Of a stretch of DNA of 43,850 nt, positions 1 through 10,763 are shown one piece after another. Source of the stretch: Nitrospiraceae bacterium (GTDB lineage: Bacteria; Nitrospirota; Nitrospiria; Nitrospirales; UBA2166). The stretch is from positions 1-43,850 of the forward strand of contig PBSN01000006.1 of the NCBI GenBank assembly GCA_002726235.1, given 5' to 3'. The notes beneath the pieces were generated by a model, which was given only the letters and a program-made list of their open reading frames with translations, searched no databases and had not been told where the DNA came from. Each line of letters opens with the position of its first letter. Position 1 is the first letter of the stretch. Made by a program: the position numbers and the translations under genes.

Positions 1-91
1 ACGCCGTCAAGGTCGTCTTCCCATGATCCACGTGCCCAATCGTCCCAATATTCATGTGCGGCTTCGTTCGCTCAAATTTTGCCTTCGCCAT
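1..91 (-). CDS. tuf: Elongation factor Tu, 5' part (runs off the window edge)
   Basis: The reverse complement from ATG at 91 reads [30 protein letters not shown], the canonical EF-Tu N-terminus with its P-loop; lies directly downstream of fusA. Not in the ORF track. Confidence 0.97.
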   Translation of the reverse strand, partial: MAKAKFERTKPHMNIGTIGHVDHGKTTLTA

Positions 92-138
92 CGCTACCCT
101 CGCTTCTCCTCACCAGCCAAGAACAGAACCATAACCAC

Positions 139-2247
139 TCATTGCTGACCCTTTGCCCTCGCTACCACTTCCTCGGAGATCGCCTTCGGCACTATTTCAT
201 ATTTGAGAAATCGCATACTAAAAGTAGCTCTGCCCTGAGTGCGGGAACGCAAATCCGTTGCATAGCCAAACATCTCGGCTAACGGTGCCCCCGCCTCAAT
301 AATCTGCGACCCCCCTCTAACATGCATTCCATGAATTTTTCCACGTCGTGAATTGAGGTTGGTAATGACGTCACCCATATAATCCCTAGGCACCAATACA
401 TCCACAGACATCAGCGGCTCTAGAAGTGNGGGATCGGCCTTCTGAACGGCAACCTGAAAAGCCATTGACCCAGCGATCTTAAATGCCAACTCAGACGAAT
501 CAACTTCGTGGTAGGTCCCATCAACGAGTGTCACCTTCACATTACCCATCGGGTATCCCGCCAACACACCAGCCGCCATGGCCTCACGAACACCATTTTC
601 AACTGCGGGGACATATTCCTTTGGAATTGCCCCTCCCTTGATCGCATTTTTGAACTCAAAGCCTTCGCCATCATCAGCTGGCTCAATCTGCAATTTGACG
701 TGTCCATATTGCCCATGGCCACCACTCTGTTTCACGTGCTTGGCTTCGCCTTCTGCTGATTTCCGTATAGTCTCACGATAGGCGACTTGAGGCTTACCAA
801 CATTGGCGTCAACACCAAACTCCCGCTTCAGGCGATCCACAAACACTTCCAGATGCAACTCACCCATACCGGAGATAACAGTCTGACCAGTCTCTGAATC
901 TGTTTGCACCTTAAAAGTTGGATCCTCATGCACTAACTTGCCCAATCCAATCCCAAGTTTCTCTTGATCTTGCTTAGTTTTCGGCTCTATCGCCATCGAA
1001 AGCACAGGATCCGGAAAAGTCATCGTTTCCAACAAAATCGGGTTTTTCTGCTCACAAAGAGTGTCGCCAGTCCGTGCCCCCTTTAGACCAACCGCTGCGG
1101 CAATATCGCCCGCACCGACCTCTTCAATATCTTCCCGTTTATTCGCATGCATTTTGAGGAGCCGTCCAATGCGCTCTTTTTTTCCTTGAGTCGCATTCAA
1201 TATCGAGTCACCCGCGCGGATGGATCCTGAATAGACACGGAAAAACGTCAGCGATCCCGCATACGGGTCAGTCATGATTTTAAACGCCAATGCCGTAAAG
1301 GGTTCGCTCTTCGAGGGAAACCTCATCACTTCGTTGTTTGAACTCACCTCTTGTGCGGTCACCGGAGGAACATCGTGAGGCGAGGGAAGATAGGCAATGA
1401 CGGCATCAAGGAGAGGTTGAACGCCTTTATTCCGAAATGAGGCTCCACAGAGAACAGGTGTAACCTTCAATGCGATTGTCCCCGCTCGCAGTGCACGCAC
1501 GATCTCCTCAGACGTCAACGTCTCGCCGTTCAAATACTTTTCGAGGACTTTGTCATCAAACTCAGCAACCGCTTCAATCATCTGTTCACGATAACGCGTG
1601 GCGAGTTCAAGTAGATCACCCGGAATGTCAGCCACTTCAAAGTCCGCCCCCAGGGATTCGTCGTCAAAATAGGTCCCCTTCATCTCGATGAGATCGACGG
1701 ACCCACGGAACCCCTCCTCTTTGCCAATGGGAATCTGAACAGGAACGGGGACCGCACCCAATTTCTCGCGCATAGAGTCAACACTGGCGAAAAAGTCTGC
1801 GCCGGTTCTATCCATCTTGTTCATAAACGCAATTCTTGGAACACGGTACCGATCGGCCTGACGCCACACCGTCTCCGATTGCGGCTCGACACCCTGAACT
1901 GAATCAAACACCGCAACGGCACCATCCAACACGCGCAGAGAACGCTCCACCTCGACCGTGAAATCTACGTGCCCAGGCGTATCGATGATATTGATGTGAT
2001 AGTCTTTCCACGAAGAACTCGTCGCCGCAGAGGTGATAGTGATACCTCGCTCACGCTCCTGCTCCATCCAATCCATAACAGTGTTCCCAGCATCGACATC
2101 CCCAATGCGATATGACACCCCGGTATAGAACAAGATCCGCTCTGTCGTTGTCGTCTTCCCCGCATCAATGTGAGCCATAAGACCAATATTGCGGATCCGC
2201 TCAAGCTCAAGCCTATCATTGCTGACCGCAACAACACCTTTATCCAC
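139..2247 (-). CDS. fusA: Elongation factor G
   Basis: Motifs [44 protein letters not shown]; position in the str operon. Start placed at GTG 2247 (GGAG upstream); the ORF is open to 2265. Confidence 0.98.
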   Translation of the reverse strand: MDKGVVAVSNDRLELERIRNIGLMAHIDAGKTTTTERILFYTGVSYRIGDVDAGNTVMDWMEQERERGITITSAATSSSWKDYHINIIDTPGHVDFTVEVERSLRVLDGAVAVFDSVQGVEPQSETVWRQADRYRVPRIAFMNKMDRTGADFFASVDSMREKLGAVPVPVQIPIGKEEGFRGSVDLIEMKGTYFDDESLGADFEVADIPGDLLELATRYREQMIEAVAEFDDKVLEKYLNGETLTSEEIVRALRAGTIALKVTPVLCGASFRNKGVQPLLDAVIAYLPSPHDVPPVTAQEVSSNNEVMRFPSKSEPFTALAFKIMTDPYAGSLTFFRVYSGSIRAGDSILNATQGKKERIGRLLKMHANKREDIEEVGAGDIAAAVGLKGARTGDTLCEQKNPILLETMTFPDPVLSMAIEPKTKQDQEKLGIGLGKLVHEDPTFKVQTDSETGQTVISGMGELHLEVFVDRLKREFGVDANVGKPQVAYRETIRKSAEGEAKHVKQSGGHGQYGHVKLQIEPADDGEGFEFKNAIKGGAIPKEYVPAVENGVREAMAAGVLAGYPMGNVKVTLVDGTYHEVDSSELAFKIAGSMAFQVAVQKADPXLLEPLMSVDVLVPRDYMGDVITNLNSRRGKIHGMHVRGGSQIIEAGAPLAEMFGYATDLRSRTQGRATFSMRFLKYEIVPKAISEEVVARAKGQQ

Positions 2248-2268
2248 TGCTACAACTCCCATCAATCA

Positions 2269-2739
2269 CTACCACCGATAATGCGCAAACGCTTTATTGG
2301 CCTCAGCCATGCGATGCGCGTCTTCCCTCTTCTTGATCGAACTACCCGTCCTGTTTGCCGCATCCATTAACTCTGCCGCGAGCTTTTCTTGCATGCTACG
2401 GCCAGCCCGACTAAGCGCGGCAGTCCGAATCCACCGGAGAGCGAGAGCAATACGCCGAGACGCACGAATTTCGACTGGGACCTGATAAGAGGCGCCTCCA
2501 ACCCTTCGGGACTTAACTTCAACCATTGGGCGGACGTTGTCTACCGCAGAATGAAAGACCTTTAGCGGATCTGTATTTTGCTTTTGCTGGATGACATCGA
2601 GCGCCCCATAACACACCGCCTCAGCGATACTCTTCCTCCCTTGACGCATCACGGAGTTAATAAACTGCGACAGCAACTTATCTCCGTACCGTGCATCCGG
2701 CAGAATTCCTCTTTTAGTGACAACGCGACGACGTGGCAT
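2269..2739 (-). CDS. rpsG: 30S ribosomal protein S7
   Basis: MPRRR start, [19 protein letters not shown]-terminal [13 protein letters not shown]. Confidence 0.99.
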   Translation of the reverse strand: MPRRRVVTKRGILPDARYGDKLLSQFINSVMRQGRKSIAEAVCYGALDVIQQKQNTDPLKVFHSAVDNVRPMVEVKSRRVGGASYQVPVEIRASRRIALALRWIRTAALSRAGRSMQEKLAAELMDAANRTGSSIKKREDAHRMAEANKAFAHYRW

Positions 2740-2792
2740 CTTGGAGTAACTTTCCTAACGAGCGTACTTAGTGGGAGGGCGGGAAAACACCG

Positions 2793-3170
2793 TCATGTTT
2801 GTTTCTGTTTCTTTCCGCCATACTTCGACCGGCCCCGGCGGCGGGCCTGCACACCGACAGTATCAAGCGCTCCACGAACAATATGATAACGGACGCCGGG
2901 AAGATCCTTCACCCTCCCGCCGCGAACCAACACAATAGAATGCTCCTGCAAATTGTGGCCTTCACCCGGAATGTAGGTCGTGACTTCGAGGCCATTTGAA
3001 AGTCGGACTCTCGCGACTTTCCTCAACGCTGAGTTTGGTTTTTTCGGCGTCGTCGTGTAGACACGCAGACACACGCCACGTTTTTGAGGGCACTTAGCAA
3101 GCGCTGGACTTTTAGTTTTCATCACCGCCTGCTTACGCCCTTTTCGAACCAATTGATTGACTGTCGGCAC
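2793..3170 (-). CDS. rpsL: 30S ribosomal protein S12
   Basis: (M)[36 protein letters not shown] start at 3170 preceded by an AGGAG Shine-Dalgarno. Confidence 0.99.
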   Translation of the reverse strand: MPTVNQLVRKGRKQAVMKTKSPALAKCPQKRGVCLRVYTTTPKKPNSALRKVARVRLSNGLEVTTYIPGEGHNLQEHSIVLVRGGRVKDLPGVRYHIVRGALDTVGVQARRRGRSKYGGKKQKQT

Positions 3171-3239
3171 GACTAGCTCCTGTGACACAAAACCACTTGC
3201 ACATGATCCGCAAAACTGCAAACCATGCGAAACCGTCGG

Positions 3240-3268
3240 ATTCTAGAGGAGGGACATACAATTGTCAA
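3240..3268 (-). promoter_or_regulatory. Sigma70-type promoter of the str operon
   Basis: The minus strand reads TTGACA-attgtatgtccctcctc (17 nt)-TAGAAT, about 70 nt upstream of the rpsL start. Confidence 0.8.
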
Positions 3269-3501
3269 CAGATAAAGTTGCTTCCAACTATGAAATAATT
3301 ACTGAACGCGCCCAGTGCCTAATTCATGTTTCTGTTCATGACTGAGGATGAAGCCATCTGTGGCCGACAAGCAAAGCAAAATACTGAAACAGATTCGGTA
3401 ATGCCTCAATAGAACGGAAGCGATTGATCTGATCATTTCCATGAGGCAAAATGAGAGCAATCTGAATAGTGACGCATTCACACCCGAAAACGAGGCCCCC
3501 A

Positions 3502-4542
3502 ATGATCACATCGTCTGTCAGTCTTAACAACATTGCAGCACGCATTACGGGAGAAATAATTGGCAATCCTGATATTCTCATTCACGGAGCATCGAGCCTC
3601 ACGGATGCAACCACTGGGCAGATCACGTTTTTAAGTGACCGCAAGCATCTATCTGAGGCCACAAACACACAGGCTTCCGCCATATTAGTAGCTCAGGCGG
3701 AGCCGCTAATCCCCTGTGCGCAAATTGTGGCACCACACCCTGCCCTTGCGTTCGCCCGACTCGTAAAGGCTTTTTTTACTGAGGCATATGTTCCACGCGG
3801 GATCAGTACAGAAATACATCGAGGAGATCACGTTGAGATCGGCAATGATGGAACTATTTGGCCATTTGTGAGCATAGAAGATCACGTACGGATTGGTGAC
3901 CGTGTGACCCTGTTTCCCGGAGTGGTTATCGGAAAAGGATCAGAGATCGGTGATGACTGTGTTCTGCACCCAAATGTGACAGTGAGGGAACGAAGTCGAA
4001 TTGGTCATCGCGTCATTATTCACAGTGGAACGGTCGTTGGGAGTGACGGATTTGGTTACATTCCAGACAACGGTATCCACGAAAAGGTGCCCCAAATTGG
4101 ATATGTTGTGATCGAAGACGACGTAGAAATTGGAGCGAATGTTGCCATTGACCGCGCAACCTTTGGGGAAACTGTCATCGGAAGAGGAACGAAAATCGAT
4201 AATCTCGTTCAAATTGCCCACAACGTGAAAATTGGAGGGCATAGTCTTATCGTCGCTCAGGCTGGAATTGCGGGAAGCAGTACGCTCGGACACCACACCA
4301 CCGTTGCGGGACAAGCGGGAATATCCGATCACGTAAATATCGGCGATGGTGTCATCGTCACCGCCCAAACAGGCGTTCCAAAAAACGTATCCTCGCAGCA
4401 AGTGGTTTCAGGCACGCCAGCCATGCCTCATAAGGTATGGCTACGCGCTAGCCAAACACTTCAACGACTCCCTGAGATGCATCAGCGTCTTCGAGACTTG
4501 GAGAAGCGCCTACGAGTGCTGGAAGAACGTCGACCACCGTAA
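3502..4542 (+). CDS. lpxD: UDP-3-O-(3-hydroxymyristoyl)glucosamine N-acyltransferase
   Basis: Hexapeptide repeats, [32 protein letters not shown]-terminal coiled coil; ATG 3502 with GAGG upstream. Confidence 0.96.
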   Translation: MITSSVSLNNIAARITGEIIGNPDILIHGASSLTDATTGQITFLSDRKHLSEATNTQASAILVAQAEPLIPCAQIVAPHPALAFARLVKAFFTEAYVPRGISTEIHRGDHVEIGNDGTIWPFVSIEDHVRIGDRVTLFPGVVIGKGSEIGDDCVLHPNVTVRERSRIGHRVIIHSGTVVGSDGFGYIPDNGIHEKVPQIGYVVIEDDVEIGANVAIDRATFGETVIGRGTKIDNLVQIAHNVKIGGHSLIVAQAGIAGSSTLGHHTTVAGQAGISDHVNIGDGVIVTAQTGVPKNVSSQQVVSGTPAMPHKVWLRASQTLQRLPEMHQRLRDLEKRLRVLEERRPP

Positions 4543-4552
4543 GGGAAGTCGG

Positions 4553-5809
4553 TTAAAGCCGAGCATCGCTTCGGGGAGAGACAACAGTGTCTTGGGAAGC
4601 GTGAATGCGAGTTATCGCGTCAGGATGCATGATCACTCGCCGAAGTCGATGGTTACGACCATCAGCAATAACCAAGTTGCCATCGACATCAATTGCGACG
4701 CCCTTCGGCCGGTTAAGCCTAGCTTGCAAAGCAGACCCTCCGTCACCTTTAAATTCACCCACGCTGCTCCCAATGCTTCCCGATCCAGCAATGGTCATAA
4801 TGATTTCGTCGGCTTGGTTTTTTCCGGTGATAAGGCCGTCAAGACCTGGAGTGACCATACGTATGCGATGGTTCAAAGTATCCGCAATATACAGATTCCC
4901 TGCGGAATCAAACACCATTCCCTCTGGATGACTCATATGGGCATGCCAACCATCAAACCCATCTCCTGAAAATCCTGCGGGCCTACCGATAAAGCCACCA
5001 CCCACAGCAGTTGTGATAATTCCAGTATCTTTGTCAACACGCCGAACACGATTGGCTTTGGAATCGAGCAAAAAGAGGTGGTCAGCTGAATCAATAACCA
5101 CATCAACAGCACGAACACGAGCCGTCAGCGCAAGTTTCTTATCACGCGTATAGCCCCGTTTGCCTATTCCTGCGATGGTATTGATAATCTCATCTGGCGC
5201 ACCAGTAATGATACCGTCTGCACCTGGCGTGACCTTCCGAATACGCCAGTTCGCACCATCAGCGATATAAAGCGCCCCTGCAGAATCAAACGCAACACTG
5301 ACAGGTTGGTTCAGAAAGGCGTCAAGACCCACCCCGCCATCTCCTCCGAACGAACCCTTGCCTTGTCCAGTGGGACCATGGCCAACAACCGTCGTAATCA
5401 CGCCAGATTGATAATCGATTTTCCGAACACGGTGATTACCCATGTCCGGAACAAAGAGATTTCCTTGGCGATCAAAAGCAGACTTTCCTGGCCCGTAGAG
5501 CAACGCTTGAGAGGCAAGAGTCCCATCTCCTTTAAAGCCCTGCTCTGTGCCACCAGCCACATGATGTAATGTTCCACTCTTGTCAATACGACTAATCGCA
5601 CGACCATCATGGGAAACAATAATATCGCCATTTGGGTCAATGAGAACACCGTACGGAAAACCGACAGTAGCGATCGTGGTAATTTGCCGTTCAGGTTCGT
5701 CCGAAAACCCAGTGGTAGGGATGCCGCTTCCAATCACGAAAGCAACCAGGCCAATACAAACGTTCTTTCCGATACCATACATAGGGTTTCTCACCAACAT
5801 ACGGGTCAT
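4553..5809 (-). CDS. Secreted NHL-repeat (beta-propeller) protein
   Basis: Repeated P..V(A)FD..G.LYIAD..N.RIR.V motifs with GDGG spacers; hydrophobic N-terminal signal. Confidence 0.85.
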   Translation of the reverse strand: MTRMLVRNPMYGIGKNVCIGLVAFVIGSGIPTTGFSDEPERQITTIATVGFPYGVLIDPNGDIIVSHDGRAISRIDKSGTLHHVAGGTEQGFKGDGTLASQALLYGPGKSAFDRQGNLFVPDMGNHRVRKIDYQSGVITTVVGHGPTGQGKGSFGGDGGVGLDAFLNQPVSVAFDSAGALYIADGANWRIRKVTPGADGIITGAPDEIINTIAGIGKRGYTRDKKLALTARVRAVDVVIDSADHLFLLDSKANRVRRVDKDTGIITTAVGGGFIGRPAGFSGDGFDGWHAHMSHPEGMVFDSAGNLYIADTLNHRIRMVTPGLDGLITGKNQADEIIMTIAGSGSIGSSVGEFKGDGGSALQARLNRPKGVAIDVDGNLVIADGRNHRLRRVIMHPDAITRIHASQDTVVSPRSDARL

Positions 5810-5834
5810 CCCCTGTTATGCTTCTATTATACTC

Positions 5835-6368
5835 CTACATTTGCCTCACACGTCGCCGCCAGACAAGAAACTTGGCGTTAAAGTAGCCTGCAAACGGAAG
5901 AAATACCGCTGCATATACATTAAGACGGCCAGTCGCAATCGGAAAGACAATGGCTGCGATAAGCGCTGCAGCACCAGCAGCATAGATTCCATAATGCACG
6001 ACAGGATGTGGCTGCGAGTATTCAAGCACATTTTGCCGTGGCTCCTTTTTGCGTCGCTTCCTGCGCGCACCCTGCGTCAGAAGCTGGAAGTGGCCAGCGT
6101 AGTATTCCGGATAGGTCAGAAAAAGATGATGCTGATAGCGCGCATGGCCCCAGCCCAACAACACACCGAAGAACAATAGCCCCGTGCTATCAAGCAAAGT
6201 CAGTCCGGTGAGTGCATCCTGCATAAAGGTGAAGATGATCCCCCCATACCCCACAATGAGCGATACCATGCCCATGAGAACAGATGGAACCATGATAAAT
6301 GTCTGAATGTATGTTTTTTTCCTGTCAGCTTTGCTTTCACGGCGTTTGGCCGTAATAAGTTTAGCCAT
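5835..6368 (-). CDS. Hypothetical integral membrane protein
   Basis: 177-aa ORF with about 4 hydrophobic segments, co-directional between yacG and the NHL gene. Confidence 0.7.
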   Translation of the reverse strand: MAKLITAKRRESKADRKKTYIQTFIMVPSVLMGMVSLIVGYGGIIFTFMQDALTGLTLLDSTGLLFFGVLLGWGHARYQHHLFLTYPEYYAGHFQLLTQGARRKRRKKEPRQNVLEYSQPHPVVHYGIYAAGAAALIAAIVFPIATGRLNVYAAVFLPFAGYFNAKFLVWRRRVRQM

Positions 6369-6408
6369 TACAGATACAGATATAGATAGTGTTCACGGTA
6401 AGCCTAAG

Positions 6409-6594
6409 CTACGATCCGGCAGATAGACGCACATCACCGGAGTCGTCATGTTCAACAATACCGTCATCGACAGAGACTCGATACTGGTCCGAAAGCCATG
6501 CATTAAGATCAAGTAAGCGGCACCGTTCAGAGCAAAACGGCCGACAGATATTACCTTCGATTGAAACTGCTTTGTTACACGCAGGACATCGCAT
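6409..6594 (-). CDS. yacG: DNA gyrase inhibitor YacG (zinc finger)
   Basis: MRCPACNK...RPFCSERCRLLDLNAWLSDQYRV matches the YacG CxxC...RPFCSxRC..IDL..W signature; ATG at 6594. Confidence 0.9.
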   Translation of the reverse strand: MRCPACNKAVSIEGNICRPFCSERCRLLDLNAWLSDQYRVSVDDGIVEHDDSGDVRLSAGS

Positions 6595-6725
6595 AGTCAC
6601 CCCAAAGAGTATATCAGGAANTTTTAACGAGGACTCGGATGTTTTTTGACATTGCCTTGCGATACTCACATGCTTTGGGGATATATTCGAATCCATCCCT
6701 TCCCTCACCTCCCCACGATTGGGTA

Positions 6726-7316
6726 TTAGCGAATAGATAGCCATTCCTTGGCGAGTGCCTCCGCTTCCGCCACCTGCTCTGATGACATCATTTGCGCGAC
6801 ATCATCACGATCACTGACTGCTCGCTCTCTTGCTTCTTTGCTAGGCGCATTAGCCACGGCAATGCTAAACCATTTGTGCGCCTGTACGACATTCTGTGTC
6901 ACTCCCCACCCATACTCGTACATTTCGCCAAGATTGTACTGAGCCTCCGCATGGCCAGCCTCCGCGGCTTGTCTCCACCAATACGATGCTTGCCCATAGT
7001 CTTGTGGTACATCCTTCGCAAAGAAGTACATCTGACCAAGATTGTATTGGGCATCCGTATGACCGGTCTCCGCGACTTGCCTCCACCAGCGCATCGCTTC
7101 CTGATAGTTTTGCTCCACGCCCCACCCTGAAGAGTACATGCGGCCAAGCTTGTACTGGGCCTCCGCATGGCCAGCCTCCGCAGCTTTCGTGTACTTCTCG
7201 AAGGCTACCACATAATCCCCACGATCAAACGCCACATTGCCATCCTGATAGTTGTTTGCCTCCTCAACACAACTCACACATAACAGCAATACCAGTGCAG
7301 ATAATATGTATTTCAT
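6726..7316 (-). CDS. Sel1-repeat exported protein (possible lipoprotein)
   Basis: Three to four AAEAGHAEAQYxLGxMY..GxGV.Q repeats; signal peptide ending in CVSC; GGAGG Shine-Dalgarno. Confidence 0.9.
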   Translation of the reverse strand: MKYILSALVLLLCVSCVEEANNYQDGNVAFDRGDYVVAFEKYTKAAEAGHAEAQYKLGRMYSSGWGVEQNYQEAMRWWRQVAETGHTDAQYNLGQMYFFAKDVPQDYGQASYWWRQAAEAGHAEAQYNLGEMYEYGWGVTQNVVQAHKWFSIAVANAPSKEARERAVSDRDDVAQMMSSEQVAEAEALAKEWLSIR

Positions 7317-7831
7317 TACGCCTCCACCTCAAAGATGGATAAATCGTTCGCGGTCTAGGCTTCGTCCAGTGCCATAAAGAAGGTGCCTCGAAACGTGCCA
7401 GCAAGTCTGTCCACGAGAACAAGTGTACGCCTGACAGGGACACGATTCAATCGTCCTGGTATCTCGGAAATGGAATGGAGAACGATGAGTGACGACTGAT
7501 GCTTGAGAAGCATATCTTCCCTCAGACGCAGAAGGTGCAGAAGAAAACCATAAGCCCTTGCCACGTCCGTATGCGCTACCATACACGATGGAGCATTCGG
7601 TTGGAAGGTGGGCAAGTGCATGAAAAAAGGAAAATCACAACTGCTCGCGGCTGGCATATCAACCGTGGACTCAACGTAACACATGCACACGCAACACACG
7701 AAAGGATTGACACATTGATATCTTAGAAAAAGAATCCAATGCGGCAACTCTGCTGAAGAAAGATGAACGCGACCTAAGAGGCAGATACACAAGAACACTC
7801 TGGTTCATGGTGTATCAGGCATCATAGAGCA

Positions 7832-8458
7832 ATGCGCCGGGTAAACCAACATTATCGAAATGGTAAGAGTGGCATGCACCTCTCAGTCCTTGCTGTCATG
7901 CTGGGGAGCACGATACTTGTACTTGGAGGATGTGTTCCCAAGTATCCAACTCTGAATGAACGCACAGCGTGGCCTGCCATTGGATCCGTTGCGACAGGGA
8001 ACATGACAGCAGGATATCAGGAGTTGATACAAGCGCATCGAAATGCGGTAATGGTGACTGGAGCCGCGCCACTGCGCGAGGAGATTGGTGAAACATGTTA
8101 CGAGGCATTAACATCATTTTATCGTTACCCTTGGATTAGAGACATCATGGTGTTACGGAATAGTCCATTACTGGACGCGCAATCTGACCGCTATTGGGCC
8201 ATGATGATCGAAGAAGTAATCCACATAAGGACCCATGAATGTGATACATGCGCGTCAGATGTATGGTGGCGAGGGACACCCCCATTGAACATTGCTCATG
8301 AATTAAAGCATTCCGAGCAGCAACGGACGATGGGAGTATCGTTCTGGCCAGTGTATGCTGAAACTCATCTTCCTGAAATGCCTGCCGAAAACTTTCTGGA
8401 AGAAGAAGCGCGGGCCTCACAGGAGGCATTTGACCTACAATTCCCTAGGGCATGCTGA
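7832..8458 (+). CDS. Hypothetical lipoprotein
   Basis: 208-aa ORF with a hydrophobic stretch ending in the lipobox-like LGGC; the real start may be the internal Met (MHLSV). Confidence 0.55.
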   Translation: MRRVNQHYRNGKSGMHLSVLAVMLGSTILVLGGCVPKYPTLNERTAWPAIGSVATGNMTAGYQELIQAHRNAVMVTGAAPLREEIGETCYEALTSFYRYPWIRDIMVLRNSPLLDAQSDRYWAMMIEEVIHIRTHECDTCASDVWWRGTPPLNIAHELKHSEQQRTMGVSFWPVYAETHLPEMPAENFLEEEARASQEAFDLQFPRAC

Positions 8459-8608
8459 TGCCGCCTTGAGGGAAAAACTTCTCTCCGAGAACGTGCTTGA
8501 GCTTCCGGACACCCTAACAAACGCTTCTCCACCACCAAGACTTCGTTCACTGTTACACTTCAATGTTAAATCTGCATGAAGGCTGTAGTCATTCGTACCA
8601 ACAAGCAC

Positions 8609-9205
8609 CTAGTTCTTGTGGAGAGTGCCTTCTCCTCTAACGTTACGACAGGTAGTATCTGGGAAAATATTCACCCACGCATAATCAAATGTGATAGACC
8701 CCTCGGTCACATCGGCTTCAAACTCCCCACTCTCAAACCCTTCAAGAGTATCGCCCTGCAGTGTTGTGGCAGCAACAATAGACGCACCTAGGACATTTCC
8801 TACGATACTAAACCCGCGCAACGCATACACCACAGTGAGGACAGGGCTTGCTACAATAGTGAGGGTTCCGTTTATGGTATTTGAAGCTGGGGTAATAAGC
8901 AGCCGGGTGTGAAAAGAAACGGTGCCATTGAGGGAAGAATGAGGACATTCTTTCCATGTTTCGGTACTCTCCCCGACATAGTTGCCGATAATCTCTTGGA
9001 TCGTGAATACGCCAGACTCGGGATCTGATGAAGCAGACGTTAATTGTTTTCCAGTTTCAGGTGAAGGCCCCCCTGCCGCTCCAAACACAGGTCCACTCAC
9101 AGGCAACGTGCCAACATCTTGCTCAACATCCCCGCCACACGATACGGCACCGAGGACAAACACCGCCATGGCAACACTCCTTGTGAGTGATACATATCGA
9201 ATCAT
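8609..9205 (-). CDS. Hypothetical lipoprotein (beta-rich)
   Basis: Signal peptide with AVSC lipobox, low-complexity linker, beta-strand-rich domain with two Cys; GGAGG upstream. Confidence 0.65.
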   Translation of the reverse strand: MIRYVSLTRSVAMAVFVLGAVSCGGDVEQDVGTLPVSGPVFGAAGGPSPETGKQLTSASSDPESGVFTIQEIIGNYVGESTETWKECPHSSLNGTVSFHTRLLITPASNTINGTLTIVASPVLTVVYALRGFSIVGNVLGASIVAATTLQGDTLEGFESGEFEADVTEGSITFDYAWVNIFPDTTCRNVRGEGTLHKN

Positions 9206-9383
9206 GCACGAATCCTCCCTTACTGGACTGGATCCACCTCACTCAATCTCGCCAACTCTTCATCACCCCCGCACACGAGAATGCACTCGAAAGCTCTTCG
9301 CCAATCCAAACACCTCATCTCATCCTGCTTCACATCAAAAACACTCATGAAGCAATTGCACCACATCCGCGCGTGGTTCATCC

Positions 9384-9995
9384 CTAGCGATTAGGTACTA
9401 GGCCGGTGGTCGGCCTCCACTCCCTGGCCAGCCTTTCTGCTTCAGCGAGCCCAGGTCGTGACAGCTCTTGTGCAACATGCTCACGGGCATTGATTGCGGC
9501 GTCTTTGACTGCTTCGCTAATCGCAGTAGCCGCAGCAATATTCAACCACTTGTGCGCCTGCATATCATCGTGATGCACACCCCGTCCATTGGCATACATC
9601 AGGCCAAGATTGTATTGGGCTATCGTAAAACCAGCCTCCGCGGATTGCCGATACCAGCGTACTGCCTGCACAAAGTTTTGTGGCACACCGCGCCCCTCAT
9701 CGTACATCACACCAAGATTGTTTTGGGCATCCGCATTACCATCCTCCGCGGCTTTTCCCCACCAACGCACGGCTTCCGCATCGTCTTGCGGCACCCCTTT
9801 CCCCTCGGAGTACATCACACCGAGCTTTGATTGAGCACCCACATTACCCGCCTCCGCAGCTTTCATATACTTCTCGAAGGCCGTCACATAGTCCTTCTGG
9901 TTCAACGCGTTATTTCCATCTTCAAAATCTCCCGCCACCACAACTCCAGCCACGCCGAACAGCAACACTAGTACCAACAATACTCGCTTCATCAC
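9384..9995 (-). CDS. Sel1-repeat exported protein
   Basis: Sel1 repeats (AQxxLGxMYxxGxGV), signal peptide, GGAGG Shine-Dalgarno; paralog of 6726-7316. Confidence 0.9.
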   Translation of the reverse strand: MMKRVLLVLVLLFGVAGVVVAGDFEDGNNALNQKDYVTAFEKYMKAAEAGNVGAQSKLGVMYSEGKGVPQDDAEAVRWWGKAAEDGNADAQNNLGVMYDEGRGVPQNFVQAVRWYRQSAEAGFTIAQYNLGLMYANGRGVHHDDMQAHKWLNIAAATAISEAVKDAAINAREHVAQELSRPGLAEAERLAREWRPTTGLVPNR

Positions 9996-10316
9996 ACCTC
10001 CAATTGAGGGTTGATAGGTTGTACCTGGATTTTGGATTCGTTCAGTGCCATGGAATAGCGATATGAGATGGAGCCGTGGTCCTCAATTGCTGGTAGCACT
10101 ATACGGCATATTGATTACAGACGAAATCCTCCATAGAAATAAGGTAAATAGGGGAATGTTTTAATAGACACCGTAGTATTTAACGGCTATGATCCGAGAG
10201 TTTACAAGGACAGGATAGAGATCGGCACCGTCGAGAACTACAGCGTGCTGGGGTAACATGCAATAATAATCCGCAAATCTAATGCTGTCACGAGACAGCT
10301 CCATTGGAGGGATGTC

Positions 10317-10757
10317 ATGAATAGATACCTTGGAGTAGCCTGCATGATTACGTTTGCAACGCTGATGCTTCACATCGGATGCACATCCGAATCCCCTTCG
10401 CCAGGAGAGGTCGCATCCCCAGAAGGAGAGGTCGCATCCCCAGAAGGAGAGGTCGCATCCCCAAGCGGTGATCCTCAAGCACTCAACGCGCCAGCCACTT
10501 CTCCAGGCCAGCCGGAAAATGCCCTAGGCATTGATCATTTCAATCAAAAACATTGGGATATTGCCGAAGGACACTTTAGCAAAGCGATTGAAGCTGATCC
10601 CAACCTTGCCGAAGCCCATTACAATCTGGCTGTTTCTCTCGATAAGATGGGAAATCATGGGGCGGCAACCACATCCTTTCATAAGGCGGCCGAGTTGGGC
10701 CCCGACAACAGCGCGATCACCGGATCAGCGATCTTAAAACAGCATGTTGGGAAATAG
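10317..10757 (+). CDS. TPR-repeat lipoprotein
   Basis: HIGC lipobox-like motif, PEGEVAS repeat linker, TPR motifs (AIEADPNLAEAHYNLA); GGAGG Shine-Dalgarno. Confidence 0.8.
   Translation: MNRYLGVACMITFATLMLHIGCTSESPSPGEVASPEGEVASPEGEVASPSGDPQALNAPATSPGQPENALGIDHFNQKHWDIAEGHFSKAIEADPNLAEAHYNLAVSLDKMGNHGAATTSFHKAAELGPDNSAITGSAILKQHVGK
10403..10463 (+). repeat. In-frame 21-bp tandem repeat, about 3 copies
   Basis: aggagaggtcgcatccccaga repeated three times (last copy ends ccccaag), encoding GEVASPE units. Confidence 0.95.
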
Positions 10758-10763
10758 GAAGAC

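Noticed and set aside
2793..3170. Streptomycin-resistance substitutions in S12
   Set aside because: The PKKPNSA and RVKDLPG motifs are wild type.
7329..7798. ORFs on both strands between the Sel1 gene and the lipoprotein gene
   Set aside because: No recognisable motif, no clear Shine-Dalgarno, atypical composition; cannot be supported as genes.
10403..10463. Possible CRISPR array
   Set aside because: The units are contiguous with no spacers, lie in frame within a gene, and no cas genes are present.
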